A stretch of 64,000 nucleotides of DNA, taken from NCBI RefSeq assembly GCF_032191835.1, contig NC_083226.1:51708001-51772000 (forward strand). The letters are read 5' to 3'. Under the pieces are notes generated by a model. It did no database searches and had not been told where the DNA came from. It saw only the letters and a program-made list of their open reading frames with translations. This DNA comes from Heteronotia binoei. Lineage: Eukaryota. The translations under genes and the position numbers were made by a program. Shown piece after piece: positions 1 through 13,110 of this stretch; position 1 is the stretch's first letter, and every line of letters starts with the position of its first letter.

Positions 1-2765
1 AAGCTAAACAAACCAAACTCACAAGGAACAACCAAACTCACACCCATGTCTGAAGTGAGCAAACCTGCCCCAATACTTGTCCTCCCCTGTCCTCTACAGG
101 CACCTGCAAACGGTGTCCCAAAGTATGTTGCTGCCAGAGGAAAGAGTGGTGGCCAATGGGAGGAAGAAAAGGCCAACTCCCTCTCAGTAAAGAGAAGATG
201 AGGGGGAGCAGAAGGGTCCTCCAAGAAAAGCTCCCTGCACTTGAGCTGCTCTGTGTAAGACACCATGGTGCACACATAAGTATGCTCTCTCTGACAGAGT
301 GCTAACAGACAAAAAGGTGTGACTGGCCTTTGTCACTTTCCCCTTGTTTTGTGACCAGAAAGTGTGACATGACATCATTATGCTGTGCAGTTCTCTGCCA
401 GTTGCAGCCTGTAATGTGAAGCCGAAGCTGTGAATTACATACCTTGACGATGTCACATTACGTGTTAAGTTAAATTAAACAGGAAGAAGGCAGAAAGGAA
501 CCTGGAGTGGTGCAGCTCTATCTTTCCTATATCAACTTGGACCCCACCTATAATGTTCACAGACAGAAGGATTTCCATCCATGAAAACATGAGACTCACT
601 TCCCATTTCCATTGCTGCTCATAATGCCCTGCCAAATGCCATTCCTGGGGGATAAGGGACTCCCAGAATAGTTTGGGGGTCAAAAGTCAGCCAAGGGAGA
701 GTGAATCAGCAAAAACTACCCCATTGCATGCACGATCCAACCCCTTTTGCCATTCTGAAATACTAATTGTAAATTTGGTGGATATTGTAGACAACTGACC
801 ATTGGCTCACTTTTGTTGATGCTGGCATTGTGGAGTAGATTGGTCATGGATCCTGATGTAACGGCTTGGCACTGTTAATTTTGAGGTCCCTTGTGAGGAT
901 GGATCATGTCTACTATGTATGCTTTGTTTTCAGATTTCTGAAATCCAAGTCCTATTACTTCACTTAGTTGCCATGAAGAGGTGACAGAAGACTATCCTCT
1001 CCTTTCCTTAGCAGAATGTTCTTCCAGCTGTTTAATTTTCTTCTATCACAAATTTATCTCTTGATTACCAAACCAGTGAGGTTGAAACAAGTCCAAGGTT
1101 TGTTACTGCAGAATAAATGATATTGTAAATAAACCCCTTGGAGCTCCTACCCCCCATTTTGGAGCTATTGGTCTCATGCTAGACCAACCAAAATAGAGGA
1201 GGCACTGATAAAGCACTTCTGACAGGACTGTAGTGATAACAAAAATTAAATTAGAAGCTTCAAAAATACACACTTTTAATAGTATTGTTTGTGCTTGCGC
1301 ATCAATTTACCTATAGCAGAACAACAAGAAGAAAAGAATATGGAAAGAAAGAGGTCTGCTGCTCAGTTCGTGCTACTATAAGGTCTGTACCTGAAACAGG
1401 AAAAGCCTAAAGTTCACCATAGTTGACAGTTGTCACATTTTATCTTAATTGTTTAATGATGTAGAATAAAAATTAGTTGCATGGCATACAGTTAGCACCT
1501 ATCCTGAGAAGCAATACAGGCCTGTATTTAATGCCGACTGACAATGGAATAGCGCAGATTAAAATAGATTGTGAAGATTAGCGCATCCAAAAATGCAAGG
1601 AAATTCAGGAAGAAGACAAGATGTAATCACCATGTTGGCATTTTGCCAGGGCATAGGGTTAAAAATACCTATTCTTGCAAAACATATCAGGCGTTGTTTT
1701 TTTTAATGAACACAAGTGGCTTAGGACCTTAGTTTCACATCTTGTTGAGAAAGTGTCATGATTACTCTTAACATTATTCCAGAGATACATGGGTCAGGAC
1801 TGAGTCAGAGGAAATAGTGCCACCTACAGTACCAAATTACCAGCAGTTACAAGTAGCAAACATGAAAAAGGGAAACACACACACATGGACCAGATACAAA
1901 GACAGGAGTAGAGAAAAATGTACAGATTCTAATATAACATAGACAAGGCAGGAGAAAGTATACATGAACACTTAAGAACAAGAAGAATATAGGAATCGGA
2001 AGGAACTTTCCACCTAGGATAAAAAATTTCCAAGACCTTAATATCAGAAATATGAGGTCAGTGAAAATGGCAACAGGACTTCTAACAAATACTCAGAGTA
2101 GTTTATTGACCAAAGGCAGCTGAAAAAAATTACATACATCTTTTACTTTCTCGTTCACAAAAGATCTGAGATAAAAGTCCAAAGCAGACATAAATTTCCC
2201 AAGAGTGGGGGAAAAGTTATTGAAGGAAATCAAGATCATGTCAGATCAGGTTCTCAAGAAATTAGAACCTCTGAAGACTGACAAATCTTCACAGTTAGAT
2301 TAGGTCACTCACAAATGTGTGAGTAAGGCAGCTAAGGAATGAGGGCAATTCTTAGCAGATGGCTGCCAAAATCAAGTCTGCCATTCATTTTAAGAGCTCC
2401 TATGATACTTATGGAGTGTAGGTACAGATGAAAGGAGGATTTAAAAATGAAGAGCTTGTGAATTGGAAGACCTTGTAGGTTCCAGGATACAAGTGGGTGA
2501 ACAGACAGACAGACAGATAGTTTGGCTTAAGGCGAGTACCTTACTGACACAAGTAAATCTTAGATTGATTGATTGATTGATTGATTGATAGAGATTGATT
2601 TTTGCATTTCCTGTGTATGCGTCTGGAAAACCCACATTATTTAAAATATACAGAATATTTCTCTCTTCTGCTTTCTCTCATCTGCTTTCTGCATTCATAA
2701 TTGTCCTGTTCTGAACCAAAAGGCATTTTTAGCATCATATCTGATCCGGGCTCCCTGTCATGCTT

Positions 2766-3055
2766 AAAGGTAAAGATAGTCCCCTGTGCAAACACCAGTC
2801 ATTTTTTACTCTGGGGTGACGTTGCTTTCACAACATTTTCACGGCAGACTTTTTATGGGATGGTTTGCCATTGCCTTCCCCAGTCATCTACATTTTCCCC
2901 CCAGCAAGCTGGGTGCTCATTTTACCGACCTTGGAAGGATGGAAGGCTGAGTCAACCTCAAGCCAGCTACCTGAAAATCCAGCTTCTGCTGGGGATCGAA
3001 CTTAGGTTGTAAGCAGAGCTTAGGACTGCAGTACTGCAGTACTGAGCCACAGGAC
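2766..3055 (-). mobile_element. Sauria SINE (Squam1)
   Basis: Reverse-oriented AAAGGTAAAG tail and body 'agtcccctgtgc...gctgggtgctcattttaccgacc...ggaaggctgagtcaacc'; a second copy lies at ~6165-6460. Family assignment is by recalled consensus. Confidence 0.85.
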
Positions 3056-3771
3056 TCATACTGTCATGCTTAGGAACAAAATAAGTGGGTTAATCATTTT
3101 GAATTACTTTGGACATTATACAAAAGCAATTATTTCTGATGTCTGAGTGGGGTAATCATTCAGCTGTTGGGTTTTCAGAATAGTATGTGTTTTTCTTTTC
3201 TTTTCTGGGGAACTTGGGCATCCCTTTCATGGAATTCAAGGGTCATGTGACTCAGCTATAATACTTTAAGGAGAAGTGGTGTGTTGCAATGAGTGGGATG
3301 CTGTGCTAGAAGGCCAGGCATATGAGTCTCCTGACTGAAGAATGGTCTTGGTCTTGCATTCAACTATTACTGGTTGGCCTTGGGGAAAATATTACTAAAT
3401 GTAGCCTTAATTCTGTATTAATAAAATGGGATGCTCTTGCTCTGTATTGCACGGCTGTTTTGCAGATGAGATATGCAGATATGTGCATGCACTAGTACTG
3501 CACAGATTATTAAGGACAAGAATTTGATTATCATTACACTTGAAAGGAAGGTGAAACAGTTGGTGAAGGAGTAATTGGGGTTTCTTCATGGCAGTTAAGT
3601 ATGGGGAACCCATAAAGACTTGCAGGGGGCATCTCATTTTATCCTGTTCCCCATCCCTCACGATTTCCTTTTTCCTTCATTTTGGTAGTCCCCGTAATTT
3701 TTCACCTTCCTACCCACCAGTCAACCTACCTTTTATCTGTCACCATCAGCTATAAAAGGATAGCAGCATGG

Positions 3772-3945
3772 AATAGCCCAATCTAATCAGATCTCATAAA
3801 CTAAGCAGGGTCAGACTTGAAAAGGAGATCAGTGCGGAAGATTCTGCAATGGCAAAGCACCTCTGCTTTTCACTTGCTTTGAAAGCCCCTTGCTGGGATT
3901 TCCGTAGGTTGGCTCTGATCTGATGGCACTTTATATACACACACA
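3772..3945 (+). mobile_element. Degraded 5S rRNA-derived SINE (5S-Sauria-like)
   Basis: 'atcagatctcataaactaagcagggtca' resembles the 5S internal control region; same body as the better copy at 30147-30315. Confidence 0.55.
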
Positions 3946-3954
3946 TATTCAGCT

Positions 3955-4200
3955 ACAGTTATTATTTATTTACTTCATTTATACCCCACATTTCTACCCA
4001 ATGGGAACTCAAAACAACTTGCACTGTTCTCCCGTCCTCCATTTTATCCTCACAACAACTTTGTGAGGTAGGTTAGGCTGGGAATGTGTGATGGGCCCAA
4101 AGTCAGCAAGTGGGTGATCACAGTAAAGTTAGGATTTGAACCTGGGTCTTCCAGATCCAGATCCTAGCCTGAAACTCTAGCCACTACATCACACTGGCTT
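3955..4200 (-). mobile_element. Old MIR/Ther1-like CORE SINE
   Basis: CORE-like 'ttttatcctcacaacaac...tgtgaggtaggttaggctg' plus reversed tRNA-like head 'ggatttgaacctggg...ccactacatcac'. Similar decayed copies at ~23030-23180, ~23920-24150, ~58770-58980. Confidence 0.6.
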
Positions 4201-4660
4201 TCATTTGGTGGCTGCTGTTGCATACTAACATAGTTGAACAGTAGCAAGCAACTGGACTTGCCAGTGGTTGCGGTCAGGACTGGCATCATAAATCCTCCCT
4301 CAAAGGCCAGAAGCCCTGGAAAGAGCATTGCTTTCTCCCCCTGCCTATTTCTGACAGAAACCTAGACTTGAAGGCTGGCAATATTATGATTTCTCAAGCA
4401 ACATCCAAAATGACCAGAGGGCTTTTTGCTTCTATTATTGGGGTAATTTTAAGATTTCAAGATTTCAGATTTTTCTGCAAACTTAAATATTTTCTCAGGT
4501 TTGTAGAATGATTGGTCTTCTCTGCCCCAGTCTCCAAGTTTAAGTATCCACATATGGTGCCCTATTGAGAATCAGATATATTGACAAACAGGGGACCCAC
4601 AAGAACCTGCAGAGGGCATCTCCTTTTCCCCTCCCCCCTATTTCTTGTTTCCCTTCCATG

Positions 4661-5503
4661 TAGGGTTGCCAAGTCCAATTCAAGAAATATCTGGGGACTT
4701 TGGGGGTGGAACCAGGAGACTTTGGGGGTGGAGCCAGGAGACACTGGGGGCGGAGCCAGGAACAAGGGTGTGACAAGCATAATTGAACTCCAAGAGAGTT
4801 CTGGCCATCACATTTAAAGGGACAGCACACCTTTTTAAATGTCTTCCTTCCATAGGAAATAATGAAGGATAGGGGCACCTTCTTTTGGGGCTCATAGAAT
4901 TGGACCCCCTGGTCCAATCGTTTTGAAACTTGGGGGCTACTTTGGGAAGAGACACTAGATACTATATTGAAAATTTGGTGCCTCTAACTCAAAAAACAGC
5001 TCCCCCAGAGCCCCCGAAACCTCCAGAACAATTCCCCATTATACCCTATGAGAATCGATCACATAGGAAATAATGAAGACGTTTCCCTCTCTCCCCCCGC
5101 CCCCTCTTTCTGGCCAGTCTGAAGCAGCAGATCAGCCTCTCAACTCACCATTTGCTGCCAGCTTCTTCACAGAAACACACACAGACACACCATCCTAAAT
5201 GGAAGCCTTTCAAGTCAAGCGTCTGGAGGTGCAAAGGCACATGGTCCTTTGCAGGCGGGGCTCCCTCTCTCCCCCCCCTCTCCCGCCAGCCAGCTGATTG
5301 GGACCGGAAGCAGCCTGGGAAAACTGAAGAAAGGCTGCTGCGATCGGGGCTGGGTGGGAAGGGCAGGGCAAGGAAAAGTTGCTGAGATCGGGGCTGGGTG
5401 GGAAGGGCCGCCATTCCTCCCCGCTTTCCAGAGTTTTGGCTAGCGGGAGAAGAAGGCTTCAAATCGGGGGTCACCAGGCAAATCGGGGGATTTGGGAAGC
5501 CTA
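4661..5503. mobile_element. Non-autonomous hAT DNA transposon (TAGGGTTGCCA-type TIR)
   Basis: Left TIR tagggttgcca, degenerate right TIR tgggaagccta, perfect 8-bp TSD cttccatg at 4653-4660 and 5504-5511. Internal ~21-bp tandem repeats at ~4695-4760 and a 28-bp direct repeat near 5337-5408. Confidence 0.85.
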
Positions 5504-5872
5504 CTTCCATGAAATCCTCCATAGTTACTCCCATTTCCCTGCCTCCTTCTCACTCATCAGCTTTCCCTCCTTCCCGTGGCAGCTTCTGCCTGGGAACACT
5601 GTGGCCCAGTTTGCGTTCCATTTAAGGTAGACAAAGATCTCGCCTACACAGAAGATGCTCCTGGACATGAACCTTGCTCACCTACACATACAGGCTCTTT
5701 CAGAAGTTATGCTGAATCTGTACAGGGGAAGTAATACTGACTAGGGGAGCAATCTTGCTGCTCTCTTCCCCACTGCTTGCATTCAGTAATCAGGGCTGCA
5801 ATATCTGAACATCCTATTGTCCTTTTCTTGTGATAGTGAAAGCTCTAGAGTTATTGGTTGAACTGGTTTGTA

Positions 5873-6072
5873 TAGGACTTTTTTGGTAGAAAAAGCCGGG
5901 CAGGAACTCATTTGCATATTAGGCCACACACCCCTGACATCAGCATTGTTTTGCATATAGGGCGTTTGTAGAAAAAGCCGAGCAGGAACTCATTTGCATA
6001 TTAGGCCGCACACCCCAGCACCAAGCCAGCCGGAACTGTGTTCCTGCATGTTCCTGCTCAAAAAAAGCCCTG
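5873..6072. mobile_element. hAT MITE (CAGGGCTTTTTT family) with internal duplication
   Basis: Ends in aaaaaagccctg; 'caggaactcatttgcatattaggcc' occurs twice; homologous to the complete copy at 50315-50493. Confidence 0.7.
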
Positions 6073-6164
6073 GGTTTGTAAATATTGTTTTATTTAGGGC
6101 TTTTACCTCACCTTCCTCCAAGTTGCTCAGGGCACTGCACATGCTTCCTCCCAGTCCATTTTAA

Positions 6165-6460
6165 CAAACAAGGAAAGGAAAGGTCCCCTGTGCAAGCACC
6201 AGTCATTTCCGACTCTGGGGTGATGTTGCTTTCACGTTTTCACGGCAGACTTTTTATGGGCTCGTTTGCCATTTCCTTCCCCAGTCTTTTACACTTTCCC
6301 CCCAACAAGCTGGGTACTCATTTTAGTGACCTCGGAAGGATGGAAGGCTGAGTCAACCTGGAGCCAGCTACCTGAAAACCCAGCTTCTGCTGCGGATCGA
6401 ACTCAGGTTGTGAGCAGAGTTTAGGACTGCAGTACTGCAGCTTTAACACTCTGTGCCACT
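6165..6460 (-). mobile_element. Sauria SINE (Squam1)
   Basis: aaggaaaggaaaggtcccctgtgcaagcaccagtc... closely matches the copy at 2766-3055. Confidence 0.85.
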
Positions 6461-9456
6461 TAGACTGAGGGAGAATGTCAGGTCCAAGATCACTCTGGAA
6501 ATTTTGTGGCAAATGTGGTTTGAATCCAGGCCTCCTTAGTCCCGATTCAGCTCTCTAGTCATTATACCACACTAGGTCTCCATTATGTTATATTACAGCT
6601 GATCAGGTAACAATGCTATCAGAGGTGGAAATAAAAATTTGCCTGTGAAACAGTATGATGAGCAGGCCCAGAGACAGGAACAATTTTGTGTGATGGGAAA
6701 ATGGGATAAGATCCAAAGAAGCAAAAAAACTAAAGAGTAGAAAGTCCAGAGGCAGTGAGACAGAACAAAAACAATGAATCATGACCTCCAAATATCAGAG
6801 AAATGTAACTGGAAGAGGAGGCCTGAGAAAAAGAATGGATGTGTGAGGCAAAAAAGTGGCAAATGAGAGAGGCACTTCTAGTCAGGAAGCACTAGATGTT
6901 AGAATGGGGGAAGGCCACAAACCCACTAGAGAGGCTGGCTAAGAAAAAGAATGACTACAGCATGACACAAAGTATGAAATGAACAGAAAGGACCTAATGA
7001 AACAATGGGTAGTAGAGATGAGCTAAAGAAAAAGCAACAGCAATAAAAAAATATGACTCAGACAAACCCTGATATTGGGACAAGAGATGTTGTATACTAT
7101 TGGCTGGAAGGAAGTAGACAACACAGGAGAGTTTGGGCAGACATTGGCCAGAAAGCCAAGGGAACACTGGGATGCTATTGTTCTTTCAATAGTTCCATCA
7201 CTTTTCCTTCTATTGTCAATGCTGCACTGGGACCTGACAACTTGAAAAGACCCCAGTGAGTCTGAATAGGCTGCTGAAGGTGTTTCAGAATTGTTTTATT
7301 GCTGAGAGTTTGGTAATCAATTGAGAAACATATAAAGTTATGATTTTTCAAGATCCCCTCCAATTAAGTAGTTGTCTTGGAAGCCAAACAATCATCTAAT
7401 TGAGCAGCTATCCCAGTTTTGCTATCTAGACATCATCTATCAAGTTTCCCTCTTGTTGAAGCTCAAAAAGAGTGCACACTCATCTCTGCAGTTAGTTCTT
7501 CAGTGGTTATTTGTTGTTTGTTTTTTCTTTTTCTGAGGACCAGTTCATTCCTGTATCAACCCAAGTTTTAGGGCTAAAGCTTTTATATAGGGTTTGGATT
7601 ACCAGAGTTGATAGCTATTGATCGACCTTTCGAAACTTTTCCCACAGAAAATTAATGGAGTCCCCTGTTGTGTAACCTCTCTGGTCTTCTAAATGGAATT
7701 GGTTCTTGGATGAGTGGGATGCCAAGCATGGAAGTTGACTTTTCACATTTATTTGAAGGTTTTATTTTCTAGAGAAGCTTCTGCTTTCCTTTTTAATATT
7801 CTGATTGCTATGTTTCACAATGGAGATTCAGTTGCAAATCTAAACTCCATATTTTGGGAGCTGTCTGTCCCCTGCTTTTTTATCAATTGGCCCTCAGACC
7901 ATAGTGCTATCTCTCAATAGAGTGTTGGAGGCCTTAGGTTGTCAATTGGCCACTAGTAGGGCTCCTACAGTGTATTCTACATTTTTTTTTTTTTTGTATT
8001 ATGCCTCATATTATCAGTTGACCATCCCTAAATATGCCTTTTATTTTGGCTAGGTTAAATGCTTTATTTATTTTATTTTATTTAGTAGGCTTATATTCTG
8101 CCTTTTCCCATAAACGGGCTCAAGGCGGATCACAACATATAAAAATAACAATAAAAACCTACGTATCAAAGTTAAACCACCAAATTAAAATTAACAGTAA
8201 AAACAATAAATAAAACACACCACCAGCGGACAGGGCACAGCATATCAATAACTAGTTGTAGGCCCACCTTAAATGATGGTAATAATAATAGGATAGCACT
8301 GTCCTCTGTCCTTTCCTTCTGCTGTTTTGGGTAGAGCCCAAAGAGTAGCTTATTCAGAGAGACCTGTGGATCTGGTACAATTGAAACATTGGCCCTTATC
8401 TTTGATTGTGTGCTGGTGGGCCCCTTCTGAGAGATTTCTGGATTCAGCCAATGATCGGCTCTGATGCTTCTTCCACTTCCCTGGCTTTTTTGCTAACTGA
8501 TACAGATTCTAGTACAATGCTGGTTGTGACAACATTTTTAATTGCAAAACTTCAATACAAGGTAAGAATTAGAGAGCTGTAATAGTGTGATTTTATGGTC
8601 TTCAAGACCATGGGATCATCAAACTATTTGAAATAAATAAAGAGCAACAAGACCAAAAAGGGTGGTTATGAGGACAAAATGAGAGAAATGGATAGTAAAA
8701 TTTTCCAAATATGGGTAAGAACTACTGAGTAATTATGTGTCAGCCTGTTCTTTTTTTTTTATTCAAAGAAGCTTCTTTTAATCTAAAAGAGAGAGAAGGG
8801 ATTCTTGGCTCTTTTACCTTGCCAAACATGAAGTTACAAATGTTTAGTGTCACTGGTACAAATTAGTGACTGAGTCACAGAAGCTAAAGCAGCCTGTAAA
8901 AGTGTCATATAAAAGGATTAATTATGAATGAACATTATGCCACAGAAGCTGTAGAATTCTGTGATAGCTTTGTAATTAATTTGATACTTGCTAAAGGGGG
9001 GGGGGGACTCTCCACAAACAACTTTTTTTGTTGGCCCTAACAACATGTTTGAAAATTTTCTGTCTCCATTACCAGACTTTGGTTTCAGTTAATTTGTAAT
9101 GGTGTTGAAAATATCTGCACATTTCAAAACAAATTTAAAATAACAGTGTGTTTTTTAACAAGGGATGAAATCATTGGCAAACAAAAGTGGAGTAAGCTTT
9201 GTTTTATATTGGTTAGCTGTTAGCAGTATAAACATGGTTTTGGTTTCACCTTGTCTGGACTTCATTGTTTCTTCAGAATGCTTGTGTGACATGGCCCAAA
9301 CAGTAGCTGTAAAGTGAATACATACAAATAAAAGGTAGGATAAGACAGAAAGTGAAACATCTATATGGTAATAAATGTTAATAATGTGGAGCCAAATGAC
9401 AAGGCATTGTGTAGTGGGATGAGTTCAAACATTTAAGCTTCCTTATACTTAACTCC

Positions 9457-9650
9457 TGGGCATTTTTTTGAGCAGGATCGCACAGGAACGCAGTTCCGAC
9501 TGGCTTGGTGTCAGGGGGTGTGGTCTAATATGCAGGTGAGTTCTTCCTGGCCTTTTTTTGACAAAAAAAGCCCTGTGCAAAACAATGGTGATGTCAGGGG
9601 GTTTAGCCTAATATGCAAATGAGTTCCTGCTGGGCTTTTTCTTCCAAAAC
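9457..9650. mobile_element. hAT MITE (CAGGGCTTTTTT family), rearranged
   Basis: Contains 'cctaatatgcaaatgagttcctgctgggcttttt' and 'aaaaaaagccctg' blocks shared with other copies. Confidence 0.65.
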
Positions 9651-9865
9651 TCAGGTCATTGGTCCAAAAGGAGGAGGAGGAAGAGATTGAATTTATACCC
9701 CACCTTCACTACCCAAAGGAGTCTCAAAGCAGTCTCAAAGCAGTTTACAATCTCCTTTTCCCTCCTCTCCAAGTTAACTAAAACATTTTGTTTATTTTGA
9801 ACTTTCAAAAGCTTCTTGTGTACCATTACAAAAGCAGAATATAGGAAGGTGATTTCGTCTCTTCT

Positions 9866-10155
9866 CTCAGTTTATCTGAAGAAGAGATTAGATTTATATC
9901 CCATCCTTTACTACCCAAAGGAATTTCAGAATGGTTTACAATCTCCTTTCCTTTCCCCTCTCCACAACAGACAACCTGTGAAGTAGGTGGGGCTGAGAGA
10001 ACTTCCCTAGAACTGCTCAAGAGCAGAACAGCTTTGAGAGAACTTGTGGCTGACCCAAGATTGTATAAGCAGGTGCATGTGGAGGAGTGAGGAATCAAAC
10101 ATGGTTTTCCCAGATAAGAGTCTGTGCACTTAACCACTACACCAAGCTGGCTCTC
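9866..10155 (-). mobile_element. Squam3-like tRNA/CORE SINE
   Basis: Reversed A box (ccactacacca), B-box region (ggaatcaaac), CORE 'acaacagacaacctgtga' and tail 'agatttatatccc'; a separate tail fragment lies at ~9675-9775. Confidence 0.8.
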
Positions 10156-10164
10156 AGTATCATC

Positions 10165-10310
10165 ATCAGTCTTCTCTGCATGGCAGTTGCTCTTGGCAGT
10201 CTCTGGCAGAAGTCTTTTTCAACAACTGCTGCCTGATCCTTCTAATTGGGTATACCAGGTATTAAACCTGGGACCTTCTGCACCTTGAACAAATGCTCTA
10301 CCACTGTAAC
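10165..10310 (-). mobile_element. Degraded Squam2-like tRNA SINE
   Basis: 'aacctgggaccttctgcac...atgctctaccact' matches the head of the copy at 27339-27553. Confidence 0.55.
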
Positions 10311-10486
10311 TCTTTGAGGAAGTAGAAAATGTCATTGAGCACTCTTACAGCTATGAACTGAAATATCGAATAAACAGTGTTATAGTACCCAAAACTGGAC
10401 TTCAATCAAACAAACCCTAAAGCCAAAAGACACCACAGGTTTTGTATAACTTCCTGTGCTTATTCCGCCTCTGGTGAAAAGCAGTT

Positions 10487-10675
10487 CAGGTTGTCAACCT
10501 TCAGGTGGGGCCTGGAGATCACCTGGAATTACAACTGTCCTCCAGACTTTAGAGATCAGTTCCCTTGGAGGAAATCATAGCTTTGGAGGGGTAGACTCCA
10601 TGGCACTGAAGTCCGTCCCCAAATCCAATGGTCCCCACCGCAAATTTCCAGGAATTCCCCAGCCTAGAAATCACA
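10487..10675. mobile_element. hAT MITE (TAGGGTTGCCA family)
   Basis: 'aggttgtcaaccttcaggtggggcctggagatc...gagatcagttccctt' is shared with copies at 38424-38634 and 61646-62005. Confidence 0.6.
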
Positions 10676-11189
10676 TTTCACCTACAGTTATTCGAGAGCT
10701 GAATATTATTTATTTATGTATTTATTTAAAACATTTCTATGTGTCTTTCCATCCAGGTAGTGTCCCCAAGGCAGCAAACTTTAAAACACAGTAAAATAGA
10801 ATTTAAAATAAGGTGTGTATGTGTGTGCATGTTTAAAAATTCAGTAAAAACATATAGACATACAAACATACATAACAACACAGCTATGGAAGAGGTAATG
10901 GGTGTATGCCAAACAAGACAAAAAAAGTCTTTACCTGCTGGTGGAGGACAATGGTAGAGGAGATGGATGAATTTCAATGGGTAGGGAGTACCTAAGTACC
11001 TAGCTCCTTGCCAACTGGAAGAGTTTCATAGTCTACACTGTGTGGGTACAGTGGTGGTAGAGAAATATGTTTTCTTCACTGCCATCACTGACATGGAGTA
11101 GGTTTTAAAATGAGTTCTAGGTAGTCTTGTTGATTTCATCCTGAGTCTTTCTCCTTCCTCCCTCTGTCTCCCTTGTCTGTTCATTGTCT

Positions 11190-11388
11190 GCAGCCCCTCA
11201 AAAACTAAGGAACTACCCAGGCTCTTAAACCTGAGAGAGGGCACCTAGGGGTGATTGTGTCAATTTCCCAGGGCATTTCCTCATTTCCCAGGGCAGCCCC
11301 TCAAAAACTAAGGAACTACCCAGGCTCTTAAACCTGAGAGAGGGCACCTAGGGGTGATTGTGTCAATTTCCCAGGGCATTTCCTCATT
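11190..11388. repeat. Perfect 96-bp tandem duplication with a 7-bp templated spacer
   Basis: 11190-11285 is identical to 11293-11388; spacer tcccagg at 11286-11292. Confidence 0.95.
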
Positions 11389-11711
11389 CCAGAGGTCAAC
11401 CAGACTAGTGACAGGAGTGCCAACCATGTCAACATGACAGACTCTCAATACCATCTGAAAGCCAGTTGGATCTATCAGGCTATGGAGGCAAATGATCATC
11501 CATTCATTCTTGTGGATTATCAAGTAGTGAGCTGTCCATGACAAAACGGTCTTCAATCCCATCCCCCACCTTCAGATCACCTTCTTCTTGCCCAGAGCAG
11601 AATACCAGATCAAAAGTCTGAATGGCATAGTGTGTGGGGCTTGTTATTACTTGATACAAGCCCATGAATGACATTAGACCATAAAATCCCAACAAGGTAG
11701 CCTCAGCATGG

Positions 11712-11932
11712 AAGAAGAAGAATTGCAGATTTATACCCCGCCCTTCTCTCTGAATCAGAGACTCAGAGCAGCTTACAATCTCATATATCTTCTCCCCGCC
11801 CCCATATCAGACACTCTGTGAGGTGGGTGAGGCTGAGAAGGCTCTCATAGCAGCTGTCCTTTCAATGACAACCTCTGCCAGAGCTATGGCTAACCCAAGT
11901 CCATGCACTTATCCACTACACCAAACTGGCTT
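11712..11932 (-). mobile_element. Squam3-like SINE nested in L2
   Basis: gaagaagaagaattgcagatttataccccgcc... through ccactacaccaaactggc; L2 reading frames resume on both sides. Confidence 0.85.
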
Positions 11933-12931
11933 TCTACAGCTGCTGGATGCTGAAGTAACCCAAAACAACCAACCTAAGAGTCTTCAATACCGTTTCTGAG
12001 ACCATCTTCACTGGCTTAGGCAAGGAGATGGTTGGCCAGCAGGGTGGGCAGTACGCCAACAGAATCTCAGTCTTGTACTCCCAACACTAGATGCCCACTC
12101 TCAAAACTGGCACAATACTGGACAAGGCATTGAGCCAGGGGGACAGAATCTACAGTGGCACTACCTCCCTATCCTCTAGACCTCTTTGCTGTATCACTGA
12201 GTTTCCTGGAGGGCATAGTTGGGAGAGGTTAACTCCTCCCCCCTCCTGCATCCAGGTCTCAGTGATATAAACTAGGTCAGTGCTTTCATCCAGAATTAAA
12301 TCCTGGAAGGGGCTGTTTTGCCTGTAACTGACCTAGCATTTAAATGCAAGATATTGAAGCCCAGCAAGATGTTGATATGGTCACCAGCATCTTCCTGAAT
12401 GGAAGAACAGAAAGGGCAAATGTCTGTTGTCCCTTTCCCTAATCTGGCATGTTCTCCCACCATGATATCTCCTCCTACTCTGCACCCTATTAATTGTGAC
12501 ACACACACCCCTTCTGTTCCCCCAAACATCCCCAGTGAACAGGTGACACAAGGACGAACAACCACACTTAAATACTACTATCCAGATACCAACTTTCACC
12601 TGGATCTGAACAGGACAAACAAATCCAGGGACCAGCTCCCACCTGGTTCCGGACAAGACAGAAACACAAAGAGAACCAGCTCTTATCTGGTGCAAGACAA
12701 AACAACCGAATGGTATGCCCTTGTGGCATGTCATAAAAGGCATTCTTTTTCTCAAAGCTTGGAAAATATTACTCTCATTAAAATGTCTGGAATTACTGGT
12801 TTTCACTCTGGAAATAGGCTAGCAAAACCAGGCTAGGCTCCATCCCCCTGAATTCTGCCAAGTTTCTCAAACTATTCTGGCATTCCAGATTCCAGAATAA
12901 GTATTCCAGGTTCTGAAATGTTGCTCTGAAC

Positions 12932-13110
12932 CAGGGCTTTTTTTTAGCAGGAACACAGTTCTGGCTGGCTTGGTGTCAGGGGGTGTAGCCTAATCTGCAA
13001 ATGAGCTCCTGCTGGGCTTTTTCTACAAAAATACTTGTGCAGAACAATAGTGATGTTAGGGGGCGTGGTCTAATATGCAAATTAGTTCCTGATGGGCTTA
13101 TTCTACCAAC
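12932..13110. mobile_element. hAT MITE (CAGGGCTTTTTT family)
   Basis: Starts cagggctttttttttagcaggaac; contains taatatgcaaat...ttcctg. Confidence 0.65.

Larger units (their letters stand above)
11000..12840 (-). mobile_element. Decayed L2 LINE, 5' part of ORF2 (APE endonuclease and linker)
   Basis: Minus-strand translation gives ILHLNARSV, then DLILDE...ITETW, LAYCPP...VVLGYF, MGLYQVITSPTH...FDLVF, LSWTAHYL, DPTGFQ...LWNEEM and FKTYSMSVMAVKK. These are L2 endonuclease motifs, broken by stops and frameshifts. A SINE interrupts it and no RT domain follows. Confidence 0.8.

Noticed and set aside
1750-2380. Purine-rich stretch possibly from an L1 5' region (similar case at ~6900-7900)
   Set aside because: Composition is suggestive, but I could not recover a diagnostic peptide motif, so it is not annotated.
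12399-12836. 145-aa plus-strand ORF as a host gene
   Set aside because: It is antisense to the 5' region of the L2 remnant, low in complexity, and has no recognisable domain or splice context.
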